The notes under the pieces are model-generated. The model worked only from the letters and a program-made list of their open reading frames with translations. It searched no databases and was not told where the DNA came from. A stretch of 64,000 bases of DNA from Abditibacterium sp. (lineage in GTDB: Bacteria > Armatimonadota > Abditibacteriia > Abditibacteriales > Abditibacteriaceae). This document shows, piece after piece, positions 37,614 to 46,798 of this stretch. Positions within the stretch are counted from its first letter, which is position 1. The number at the start of each line of letters is the position of its first letter. The stretch spans positions 2,368,001 to 2,432,000 of the forward strand of contig OZ251992.1 of assembly GCA_965246885.1 (NCBI GenBank), given 5' to 3'. The translations under genes were made by a program, and so were the position numbers.

Positions 37614-39314
37614 ATGTTCGCCTTCCAGAGCAATCGAAAGCCGTACCCCGCCCGAATTTCACTTCGGACGCGCGCCGCGCGCGCGTTTTCTCTGCTCGAA
37701 GTCTCCATCGCGCTCGCCATCTTCGTTTTTGGCGCGCTCGCGGTGGTGCAAATCTTTCCGGGCGCCTTGAAAGTCATCGGCACGGGCGGTGACCGCCAAA
37801 ACGCCATTGGACTCAACCGCGCCACCCTCGCCCGCGTGCAAAACAACCCGCCCCTCGCCACCTACGACACGCACGATTACAACACTTGGGAATGGCAAGA
37901 CGGTATCACTGGCCCTATGGCCGAACCGCGCGCGGTATTGGCATCAGCCCATCGCGGCTACTCCTTACCCCGCAACAACATGGCGGACATAGACCGCTCG
38001 GCGTTGGGAAGCCTGCGCGCCATCATCGGTGAACCCGAAACCGTCCAACTCGACGCGGGCAATAACCCTTTCGTCCTGACGCAATTTCCGATTTTTGGCG
38101 ATAGCCTTTCGCCAACTTCGGTGCGTGTGTGGACGCGCGATGCTCTAGAAGGGGTAACAGTTGATAACACCGGCAAGCTCCACTTCGACGATGCGCGTTT
38201 TTCTTTGAGCGGTGGAGATTTTACTCATGTTCCGGGTGATATTTACTACGTCACATTCCGTTACCACGACAATACTAACTTGTGGGGCGTCAGCGAGGCA
38301 CCTACGCTTGATACTCTCGCCGTTCCCGATGTCGCTCCAGCAGAAGTTGGAGCGGGCGCCACAACCCGCGTTGTGGCGGGGAACGTAGCGGTTACATGCG
38401 CGCGACTTATCGCTACGGTTCCGGCTCCTGTTGCTGCTGGGGACGAAGGCGATAACAAGCGCGGTTACGTCAAGTTGCCATCAGGAATAAGTGGCACTAT
38501 ATATCTCGACTATCAAGCCGATTGGGGCTGGCTGTTGCAAACGGGAGTGCCAGATGCCGTACCCGAAGACGTACCAACTGGCGCGACGCGCCCCCGCCAA
38601 ATTGCACTCGGCGCCCCGTTCATCGAAGACCGCGCCGACAAGTCCGTTTACACGCTGTGCCAAACAATGACGGGCACCCAAATCACGCTCACGCCCGCCA
38701 CGTTTGGTGAGACTACGCCTCCTTCAAGCGGGAGCAAACTCTACCCGCCCACCACCTCCGACCTGCGCGCAGGGCGCTTGACCTTTGAAACTGATGTTCC
38801 CGGAGGAACCTTCGCGGGCGCGCGAGTCGCCTTCCGCACCCGTGACGGCTGGGCGCAGCAACTCTCCGTTGCGGCCTCGGCTTATAAGCCATACGGGTGC
38901 GGCCCTGACACGGGGACTGCGGCCTACAATCCCAACGGTGAACCTTGGCGCGACTACATATTAGGTGGCGACACGCTCTATTTCCACGCTTCTGAAGCGG
39001 GAAAGGGCGTGTTGGTCACATATACCTACAAGGACACAGTAGGGAACTCCGTTACCTTGCGAGACCGCTTATTATCCATTGACGACCAACCCATTCAGAA
39101 CCTCGGTTTGGACACAAGTTTTTCAGCAAAAGGCTTCGCTGCGCCATTGCAACTGACAGAAGCAGATGGTAGCCCCATCACTAATCTGGTTTCCATCACC
39201 GAAGTGCGGGGGGCGAGTGTGGCGGTGCGGACGGCTTGGTTGGATGGCTCGCGCTACACGCAGTCGTTCCTGACGGCGGTGCGCTCTGGGGCGGGCGCGG
39301 AGGCGATGCAATGA
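37614..39314 (+). CDS. Large PilV-like minor pilin
   Basis: ARA|FSLLEVSIALAIFVFGALAVVQIFPG followed by a ~500-aa beta-rich domain. Confidence 0.8.
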   Translation: MFAFQSNRKPYPARISLRTRAARAFSLLEVSIALAIFVFGALAVVQIFPGALKVIGTGGDRQNAIGLNRATLARVQNNPPLATYDTHDYNTWEWQDGITGPMAEPRAVLASAHRGYSLPRNNMADIDRSALGSLRAIIGEPETVQLDAGNNPFVLTQFPIFGDSLSPTSVRVWTRDALEGVTVDNTGKLHFDDARFSLSGGDFTHVPGDIYYVTFRYHDNTNLWGVSEAPTLDTLAVPDVAPAEVGAGATTRVVAGNVAVTCARLIATVPAPVAAGDEGDNKRGYVKLPSGISGTIYLDYQADWGWLLQTGVPDAVPEDVPTGATRPRQIALGAPFIEDRADKSVYTLCQTMTGTQITLTPATFGETTPPSSGSKLYPPTTSDLRAGRLTFETDVPGGTFAGARVAFRTRDGWAQQLSVAASAYKPYGCGPDTGTAAYNPNGEPWRDYILGGDTLYFHASEAGKGVLVTYTYKDTVGNSVTLRDRLLSIDDQPIQNLGLDTSFSAKGFAAPLQLTEADGSPITNLVSITEVRGASVAVRTAWLDGSRYTQSFLTAVRSGAGAEAMQ

Positions 39315-40225
39315 GAACTCACTCTTACTCCGCGCGTGGCGCGTTTACCCTTGTGGAATTGATGGTTGTGCTCGCGGTCGTGGCGCTGTTGTCCGCCATT
39401 ACCTTGGGTGTCGTCTCGTCGCTCCGCGAGGGTGGCAAGCGCGGCACTTGCCAGACCAACCTCAACCAAATCTACGGCGCCATGCGGCTCTACGCCCAAG
39501 ACTTCGACGGTCAATTCCCTTACTATAACCCCTCAGACGGCCCTACCTCGCCACCCCCACCCGGCCCATCCCTCCCCCATGATGGCATGGGCTTGTGGGC
39601 GCTCTATGCCTACTCGCCCGGCGCGTCGAACGGTGACTGCAATAACTTCCCAACCTCGAAGGGCGACCCTCTGATAGATGCGCCACTCGCGGGCTATATC
39701 AAGTCGCCGCGCGCGTTGCACTGCCCCAACGACGACTTCGTGCCTGTCCCCGATGCTGCCGACACATGCAACACGATGCCCACTGGAAGCGCGCAACTCA
39801 ATGTTGCCCCCAACGGCGATGGACTTCAACACCTCAACCCGTTCTTCCTGAGCTATCAAACCTACCGGCCCGCCGGTGCTGTAATGGCTACCACCCCCTA
39901 CTCGCTTTTTCGCGGCGACGGCACGACAGTGAAGCGCCAACTCCGCTATTACACGGGCAGCGGCGCCACCCTTTCCCTACCTGACCGCCGCGCCGCCGAC
40001 GACACCGTCGTCACGTGGTGCCGCTTCCACCGCCACCTCGATAAGAACGGCAACACCATTTCGGGCGACAACTCGCTCGACAATGTCCTCTTCTTGGATG
40101 GTAGCGTCCAATCCATTCGCGTTTCGCAGGCCATCACCGACGACACAGGCGCCGACCAAGTTTGCACCGGCGCGAGCCGCGTGCCCCTCAGCGAGACCAT
40201 CAAACGCAAGAACGGTTGCAGCTAA
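39311..40225 (+). CDS. Prepilin-type protein, paralog of 36671-37516
   Basis: RGA|FTLVELMVV...CQTNLNQI...HCPNDD...WCRFH...LFLDGSV; ATGA coupled to the upstream gene. Confidence 0.9.
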   Translation: MRTHSYSARGAFTLVELMVVLAVVALLSAITLGVVSSLREGGKRGTCQTNLNQIYGAMRLYAQDFDGQFPYYNPSDGPTSPPPPGPSLPHDGMGLWALYAYSPGASNGDCNNFPTSKGDPLIDAPLAGYIKSPRALHCPNDDFVPVPDAADTCNTMPTGSAQLNVAPNGDGLQHLNPFFLSYQTYRPAGAVMATTPYSLFRGDGTTVKRQLRYYTGSGATLSLPDRRAADDTVVTWCRFHRHLDKNGNTISGDNSLDNVLFLDGSVQSIRVSQAITDDTGADQVCTGASRVPLSETIKRKNGCS

Positions 40226-40234
40226 CCCACCGCC

Positions 40235-41296
40235 ATGAACATCCGCACCTCGCCCGCGCGCCGCGCGTTTACCCTTGTGGAATTGATGGTTGCCATCGCC
40301 ATCTTCTCCCTTTTATTGGCGGTCGTGTTGATTCCCCTGCGCGCCGGGTTGGAATCGTTCCACGTTGGCAAAGCCAAGTCCGAAACGCAAGGCGCCGCCC
40401 AAGTCACCCTCGACCAAGTCGAGCGCGACCTACGCCGTGCCGTCTATGTCTTCCCCAATACCTCTCTCCCCGGCGTTACCGATCGCGCGCCGTATACGAA
40501 TAACGTTAACGCGAGCGGTGTCGGCTTGCCATACGTGAAGTCCCTCGACCCCAGCAATACCGACATTACCGAAGGCAAGCGCGGCGTGTGCGACAAAAGC
40601 GCGAACGCCATTCCTTGGGGCGACACCGCCCGCCTCGACATCCTGCTCGCCAAACGCGATTCGCAGGGCCGCGTCGCCACTCCGGCCCGTGCGGGTGACA
40701 CCATCGTTTCCTACTACGCGCGCCGCCAGAATATCAACGCGCCTTACGATGCCGTTGATAACCCCATTGTCCTGTTCCGCGCACAGTTCCCGTTTCGCGG
40801 CGTCATGGCAACGGCGGTTACGCCTGTCGGAGCCGTCAACGCTGACACTTCAAGCGCCCGCTTCCCGTCCAGTTGCACATCCGCGCCCATTCAAAACCGC
40901 AACGCCCTGTGGCTTGCGCACAACCTCTACGCCGAACCCGACTTGGAGCCGCTTTGCACGGACACCGCCGACCCGAACGTGAGCGGCTCCCACACCGTCG
41001 TCATCCCGCGCGGCGTCGGCTTGGTCGCCTCGCAAGCGTACCGCATCCAAGAGAGCATGGACGACGTCACTAAGCCTCTCATCCCTGCCAAAGAAGCGCC
41101 GCTTCAGCCCGACTTGTCTTTTCAATTAGACGACACCAACGGCGACGGCAAAATCAACCGCGTCACCATCGCCATCGCGCTTGAAACCTTCGACGCCAAC
41201 TCCGGCGGCACCGTGAGCGCCAACGCCGCCAACAAACAGCCCAAAGGCCAAATCATCCGCGCCCGCCGCGTCATTGACTTGCCCAACGTCCGCTAA
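40235..41296 (+). CDS. PilW/GspJ-like minor pilin
   Basis: RRA|FTLVELMVAIAIFSLLL...AQVTLDQVERDLRRA. Confidence 0.85.
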   Translation: MNIRTSPARRAFTLVELMVAIAIFSLLLAVVLIPLRAGLESFHVGKAKSETQGAAQVTLDQVERDLRRAVYVFPNTSLPGVTDRAPYTNNVNASGVGLPYVKSLDPSNTDITEGKRGVCDKSANAIPWGDTARLDILLAKRDSQGRVATPARAGDTIVSYYARRQNINAPYDAVDNPIVLFRAQFPFRGVMATAVTPVGAVNADTSSARFPSSCTSAPIQNRNALWLAHNLYAEPDLEPLCTDTADPNVSGSHTVVIPRGVGLVASQAYRIQESMDDVTKPLIPAKEAPLQPDLSFQLDDTNGDGKINRVTIAIALETFDANSGGTVSANAANKQPKGQIIRARRVIDLPNVR

Positions 41297-41323
41297 TCCC
41301 ACCCGTTTTCCATCGCCACCGCC

Positions 41324-44300
41324 ATGAACCGACACGACTTCGACTTCTCCTCTTCGCCCGCCGCTCCCTCCAAGGGAGCGGGGCGCCGCGCCGGAGGTGG
41401 CGCTGGACGGCGGCGCGGCCAAGCGCTCATCCTCGCGGTGCTCATCATGCTGATGATCGCCCTCATCTCCGCCGGGTTCTTAGTCGTCGTGTCCGGCAAC
41501 CTCAACCAAACCGCGCGCGTGGGCGACAAAACCCGCGCCGTCGAAGCCGCCCGTTCCGGTTTGCGCTTTGTCAACGAGCGTCTCACCTATTCTCCCAAGG
41601 GCGAAAATTGGCGCCCCGGCGACGAAACCACCATTCCCGCCGCCAATAACGGCGCTTACAACTTGTATTACACCGCCGTCGACCGCGCCCAAGGCTGGGC
41701 GGGCACTTTCGCCAAGTTCCCCGACCCCCTCGCGCCGCGCACCGACGCCCCCACTTTCCTCGCGCGCGTGCAACGCATCCCCGGCGAACTCGACGCGGGC
41801 GACCCCGACATCGCCGACGCAAGCAAAGCGGGCGCCCTCAAAATCACCGTAATCGGCCTGTCGCCCGACGACCCCGCCGCCTTCCACAAAACCATCGCCT
41901 ACAAAGGTGGCCAAGCCGCCCCCTTGGGCCGCTTCATGCGCACCGTCACCAACTGGGACTTCAAAAACAAAGTCGTCCCGTCGGCCACCGCCGATTACGA
42001 CAACACCAGCCGAATACTGACCCTTTCTAACACCAAAGGCATCTTTCCCCCCGTTCCGTTCCCCATCGTTATTGGCAACGCCGGAAGTCCCGACTTGGGG
42101 AGCGCTGTCGTGGATTCCATTCCCGGCGCTGGCCAATTGCACCTCGCCAGCGACCCGTTCGGCAAAACCCTCACTGTCGCCCGCGTCGAACTGGCCGCGC
42201 AACTGGGCGCCTCTTTACCGGTTGGCGTAGCCAGCACAAGTTCGGCAGTAGATTTCAACCTTAACGGCACAATTGATAGCGGCGAAACCACTACCCTCGC
42301 CGTAAGCGACGTGACCGCAGCCAAAGCTGGAGGCGCGCGCGTTAACGGCGGTTTGGCTTTGACTGGAACCGTTCAACTGCCCGCCTTGGACGCAGGCGCT
42401 GGCGAAACAGTACGAGTTTCCGGCCTCATGGTCGCGCCGGTTGCGAGCGCGCAGGTCAGCGTTTCCACCAGCACCGCACCCGCCACGTTTGCAGGTCTTG
42501 CCAACGGCTCCAATGATTCTACTTTTCCGGGCACGGGCGTATCCATCGACGATGTGAAAGACGGCTCCGACCGCTTGCAAAACAACGCCACCGGCGACCG
42601 CACCGTCGCTCCCTTCACCCCACCCGATATCGCTTCCAGTGCGGGCGTGGGCCGCTATCGCCAACTTACGCGCGATTCGGTTTCCACTGTCGCTGGTCAA
42701 CCTGAAGCCGCCAATTACGGCTATGGCGAGGGCATTTACATCAACAATCCCACCGATCGCGAGCGCATCTACGACGGCACAAAACTGCGCGACATGACGC
42801 AAGCGGAACTGGTGAAGATGTGGCTGTCGCGCAACTCCGATGGAACGGACGACGCAGCCGCGCCGACGACCGACCGGTTTCGTCGCAGCGCCACCCCCGC
42901 TCTTGCGAGCGCGACTGACGCTTCACTCGAACAGCAGCACCTGCGCGGCTGGGTCGGGTCGGACGAGTTCCACGGGCGCGGTGCTTTGGTGGAATTGTTC
43001 AACGGCCCGACCGGAGCGCCGCAAATCGCCATCACCCTTGATTCGCGCTCCGACAACTCCTCGCTATCAACAACCAACGCGCTTGGCCCTGTTGATGCCA
43101 AAGCGTGGCACGATGTAACAACGGGCGCCATTAGGACGGGCGTCTACCGACAGGTTCTCGCATGGCCCACCAACGGCGTCCTCTTCGCCGAAGGCAACAT
43201 CCGCATACGCGGCGAAGTGGCGGGCGCCCCCCGCTCCCTCACGGTAGTTTCGGAAAATAACATCTACATAGACGGCGCACTTGGCATAACGGGCGGCCCC
43301 CAAAAGGTGCTCCTCCTCGCCCGCCGCAACGTCGTGGCAAACCCAACTGCTGCCATTTACCGGCCCGACGTGCAGTCACTGGTCACCCAAAACGTCGCCC
43401 TCACAGCAGGAACGCCTGTGAACCTGCCCGTCGCGGACTCGTCCGACTTCGCCGTCGGCGAAGTCGTCGAAAGCGCCACCAAAGCTGCCCCTACCACCGT
43501 GACCGTTGCCGCCGTCGTGCAAAGCTTGCCCGATAGCACCACCCTCGCCGTCGCACCTCTTTCCAGTGGAAGCGTGGCAAGCAGCGACATCGTGCGCGTG
43601 CGGGCGGACGACGTTCAAAATGGACGCCCAGTGTTAGCTTCGGCAGCCGACGCAGTCCAGCGCATCATCCAGCCCCAGCCAACAGCGGTTCCTCCTGCCA
43701 CTGTCCCGTATCCCAATCTGCGCATCGCGCTTTATCACAACGCCGACCGCGTTCCGGCTGTGACCATCGGAACGCAGGACGCGGGTGGCTTCACCCGACC
43801 GGCCACTGCCTTCGTGCAGTTGTCGAACAACAAAGCGACGGGCGAAACCACTTCTACCGATAAAAAGCTGCAAGGCGACTACTCGCAGCCCACAACCGGG
43901 AGCGATCTATTTCCCACGACGCCGCACTCTTCTGAGTCGGCGGCCAACGGCTACGATTTGACGGCGCTCAAAACGGCGATGGAGGGCACTTCCCACGTTG
44001 CTGATCCCATTGGCTGGGCCTATAAGGTGGGGCTTGCTCCCACCGTTCCGGCCAATCTGCCCGCGTTTTACTTGGCGGGCGTCGGAGCGCGCGGAGACTT
44101 CGGCGCGCCCGTTCCGACGCTCCCAGCCGATTTTCGCCCCGACATTTCCACCACTCCTTACATCGTTCCTCTTGCCACCTCGGTCGCCACCTTTTTGAAC
44201 GGCACTCAGACGGCCTTGCCCTCGTTCGATGCGCCCACTGGAACGGCCATGACCTTTGGTTTCTCTCCGTTGTTCCTCACAACCAACGAGGACACGCGCA

Positions 44301-45064
44301 CCAACGAGCAGAGCTTCTATCAGGGCACAACTTCTGGAGTGGGTATTCCTGATGCCGCGACGAATAACGCCACGCTCGATTCGCGCTCCCTTGCGGGCGC
44401 CGTAGCCGGTGCTAACACGCTGGTGTTGCGGCCAAGTACAGGGGTGGTGGCTGGCGTGACACTGCCTACTTATCGCGCGGGCAACCTCAAATTGGAATCG
44501 GTGGATGCCACTTCTGGCGACATCAAACCGGGCTATGCGCTGAACATCCGCGCCTTCGTTTACGCACAGACCGGCTCGTGGTTCGTCATCCCCGCTGCGC
44601 CCGCTGACCCACTCGTGCGCGACGTGTTGAAACTGCGCGGCGACGCGACCAAGTCGTATTTCGACTTCAACAATAACGGTGCCGCCGATCCGGGCGAGTA
44701 TGTAGACGTAGACAACAGTGGTGTTTTCAAGGCGGGCGACTGCGCCGATTTGAATCGCAACGGCTCCTGTGACGCGGGAGAAGCGAGCGCCTTTTTGCGC
44801 TACGCGCGCGCCAACTACAGCATCAACTTTGTGGGCGCCATCGCCGAAAATCAGACGGCCCTCGTCAACGCGGCAGGTAATTTTCCCGGTGCTGTGCAAG
44901 CGTGGTCGAACTCGTGGGCCAACTACAACGCAAGCGGCGGTAATCTGTCTAACAAAAATGCTGGGGTGGTTTATACCTTTGACCCGGATTATGCGAATAA
45001 CCCAGCTGCGATGGATGCCGGGTTTGTGATGCCCCAGAGTGACGAACTGACCTACGTCGAGTAA
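41324..45064 (+). CDS. Giant PilX/GspK-like pilin (1246 aa) with Ca-binding-like loops
   Basis: RRRG|QALILAVLIMLMIALI (no Glu5), RAVEAARSGL; loops DFNLNGTID, DFNNNGAAD, DVDNSG, DLNRNGSCD. Confidence 0.85.
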   Translation: MNRHDFDFSSSPAAPSKGAGRRAGGGAGRRRGQALILAVLIMLMIALISAGFLVVVSGNLNQTARVGDKTRAVEAARSGLRFVNERLTYSPKGENWRPGDETTIPAANNGAYNLYYTAVDRAQGWAGTFAKFPDPLAPRTDAPTFLARVQRIPGELDAGDPDIADASKAGALKITVIGLSPDDPAAFHKTIAYKGGQAAPLGRFMRTVTNWDFKNKVVPSATADYDNTSRILTLSNTKGIFPPVPFPIVIGNAGSPDLGSAVVDSIPGAGQLHLASDPFGKTLTVARVELAAQLGASLPVGVASTSSAVDFNLNGTIDSGETTTLAVSDVTAAKAGGARVNGGLALTGTVQLPALDAGAGETVRVSGLMVAPVASAQVSVSTSTAPATFAGLANGSNDSTFPGTGVSIDDVKDGSDRLQNNATGDRTVAPFTPPDIASSAGVGRYRQLTRDSVSTVAGQPEAANYGYGEGIYINNPTDRERIYDGTKLRDMTQAELVKMWLSRNSDGTDDAAAPTTDRFRRSATPALASATDASLEQQHLRGWVGSDEFHGRGALVELFNGPTGAPQIAITLDSRSDNSSLSTTNALGPVDAKAWHDVTTGAIRTGVYRQVLAWPTNGVLFAEGNIRIRGEVAGAPRSLTVVSENNIYIDGALGITGGPQKVLLLARRNVVANPTAAIYRPDVQSLVTQNVALTAGTPVNLPVADSSDFAVGEVVESATKAAPTTVTVAAVVQSLPDSTTLAVAPLSSGSVASSDIVRVRADDVQNGRPVLASAADAVQRIIQPQPTAVPPATVPYPNLRIALYHNADRVPAVTIGTQDAGGFTRPATAFVQLSNNKATGETTSTDKKLQGDYSQPTTGSDLFPTTPHSSESAANGYDLTALKTAMEGTSHVADPIGWAYKVGLAPTVPANLPAFYLAGVGARGDFGAPVPTLPADFRPDISTTPYIVPLATSVATFLNGTQTALPSFDAPTGTAMTFGFSPLFLTTNEDTRTNEQSFYQGTTSGVGIPDAATNNATLDSRSLAGAVAGANTLVLRPSTGVVAGVTLPTYRAGNLKLESVDATSGDIKPGYALNIRAFVYAQTGSWFVIPAAPADPLVRDVLKLRGDATKSYFDFNNNGAADPGEYVDVDNSGVFKAGDCADLNRNGSCDAGEASAFLRYARANYSINFVGAIAENQTALVNAAGNFPGAVQAWSNSWANYNASGGNLSNKNAGVVYTFDPDYANNPAAMDAGFVMPQSDELTYVE

Positions 45065-45095
45065 AGAGGGGGGACGGCGGACAGTTCGCGCGTGC

Positions 45096-45221
45096 TTGCC
45101 GGTGAGTGGCGCGGTCGCGTGACTCATCGGCGCAGAAGTGTGATCCATCGGCAGGCACGCGTGACTCATCGGCGCGTACGCGTCGTTGAAAGAATTAGCT
45201 GGGCCGACGGAAGATTTAGGC
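45096..45221. repeat. Degenerate 21-bp tandem array (~6 units)
   Basis: GCGTGACTCATCGGCGCAGAA / GTGTGATCCATCGGCAGGCAC / GCGTGACTCATCGGCGCGTAC at 45117, 45138 and 45159; more divergent units on either side. Confidence 0.85.
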
Positions 45222-45258
45222 GCCTCCATCGTTCACCGGGCTAATTTGGCGACTGGTT

Positions 45259-46710
45259 TTAGTATTTGCGGCGCAGGCGTTCGGACAGCGTCAGGCGGGC
45301 TTGGGGCGAGAGGAGCGAGGAGCGGATGGCGAGTTGGTCGGTGACTTCTTTGCGGCGCTCGGTGCTGGGACTCCACACGTACGCTTGGACAGGCACAGAG
45401 AAACCTTTGATTTTGACATGCACCGGGTCGAGGGTGTGGAGCATATCGGGCGGCAGGTCGCGCATGGTTTCTTCGCTCATCATGATGGCTTGGGGCGGCG
45501 CGCTTGACTGCATGCGTTGCGCGAAGTTGACGGCCTCGCCGAGTACCGTGCGTTGGCGATACTCCGAAACGCCGAGGTTGGCAAGCGTCACTTCGCCGGT
45601 ATTGAGGCCGACGCGGACTTCGATGGGCAGGGTAAAGTTGCCGCTCACGCGAACAGTGCGCGATTCCAAGACCATCTTTTTGGCTGCCTGAAACGCTTCG
45701 GCGGGTTCGCGAAAGTAAGCGAGCATGGCGTCGCCGATAAACTTGTCTATGGTGCCGCCGTGTGCGCGAACGATGTTATACAAGCGCGCGAAGTGGTCGT
45801 TCAAAAGGGAGGCAACATCCTTCGGCATGAGGCGCGTTGACATTTTGGTAAAGCCGACCAAGTCGCAGAAGCAGATGGTCAGCTTCTCGCGCTCCTTGTC
45901 GGCGACATTGTCGTCACCGGCGCGCATGGCGTCTTGCACCTCGCTCCACGTTTTGCCGCCGACGTAGCCGCGCACCATAATCTCGAACTTTTCGGCTTCT
46001 TCGCGCGCCAGTTCGAGGTCTATCTTGACGCGCACGAGTTCATCGGCGCGCGAACGGGCGTTAAGGCGTTGCCCTTCCAACTCTTCGAGCAGGCGGCGTC
46101 CCAAGCGCGCGCCCCACGAGAGTTGCAGGTCGTGGTCAAGCCAGCGCTTGCCCATCGGCTGTAACTTAAGCAACGCCGCCAAGCGGCCTGCCGCGATTTC
46201 GGTTGCGTCGGCGCGCGTGGACAAGAACCCCTCGAAGTAGCGGGTTTCAAAGGGGTTGGAAGGGTCGAGGTAGCCGCCCTCGCGGGCAAGGAGCGCCGCG
46301 CCGAACGATTGGGCTTCGATTACGATGCCGCGCTCTTGCTCGAAGGGCGATCCGTTGGGAACCGCGACGGGCACCACGCCCGCGATATTCCAGTTGGCAT
46401 CGGGCGCGCCAAAGACCCACACGTCGCACACTTTGGCGAGGTTTTCGAGAGCATCGGCTTCGACCAAGGCTTCGCTCCATGACCCCCATATGCAAAAAAT
46501 GCGCGCCCGCTCTCCGGTGCGCTGGGCGCAGTGGAGCGCCATACTTTGCGCTTCCCGCCGCAATTCACGCACTGTTTCCGGCAAATAAAGGTTTAGTCCG
46601 CCGTCGTCACCCCAAAGCTGCGCTTCGTCCTGCGCGACCGCAAGCGCGATGTCGAACAAACCAAATTGGCTCAGCGACAAGTGCGGGTCTTTGGGGAACG
46701 GAGCGTCCAT
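45259..46710 (-). CDS. DICT sensory domain plus class III adenylate cyclase
   Basis: DICT-like VWVFGAPD...SPFEQE...FGAALLARE...RYFEGF; cyclase FCDLVGFT, IDKFIGDAM, RVGLNTG, RTVLGEAVNFAQRMQ. Confidence 0.88.
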   Translation of the reverse strand: MDAPFPKDPHLSLSQFGLFDIALAVAQDEAQLWGDDGGLNLYLPETVRELRREAQSMALHCAQRTGERARIFCIWGSWSEALVEADALENLAKVCDVWVFGAPDANWNIAGVVPVAVPNGSPFEQERGIVIEAQSFGAALLAREGGYLDPSNPFETRYFEGFLSTRADATEIAAGRLAALLKLQPMGKRWLDHDLQLSWGARLGRRLLEELEGQRLNARSRADELVRVKIDLELAREEAEKFEIMVRGYVGGKTWSEVQDAMRAGDDNVADKEREKLTICFCDLVGFTKMSTRLMPKDVASLLNDHFARLYNIVRAHGGTIDKFIGDAMLAYFREPAEAFQAAKKMVLESRTVRVSGNFTLPIEVRVGLNTGEVTLANLGVSEYRQRTVLGEAVNFAQRMQSSAPPQAIMMSEETMRDLPPDMLHTLDPVHVKIKGFSVPVQAYVWSPSTERRKEVTDQLAIRSSLLSPQARLTLSERLRRKY

Positions 46711-46798
46711 AACAATAAGAAGCGGCGCGATGCGTCGGGTTAAGCCCTATAGCATCAATTTCGCCCAAGGCGCGAACCGCTTATAACTCAAGTGTTCC

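Noticed and set aside
36671..41296. Diversity-generating retroelement or shufflon acting on the pilins
   Set aside because: No reverse transcriptase or recombinase and no adenine-specific TR/VR pair seen.
46711..46798. T-box leader for thrS
   Set aside because: The intergenic region is only 88 nt, is shared with a divergent gene, and has no T-box motif.
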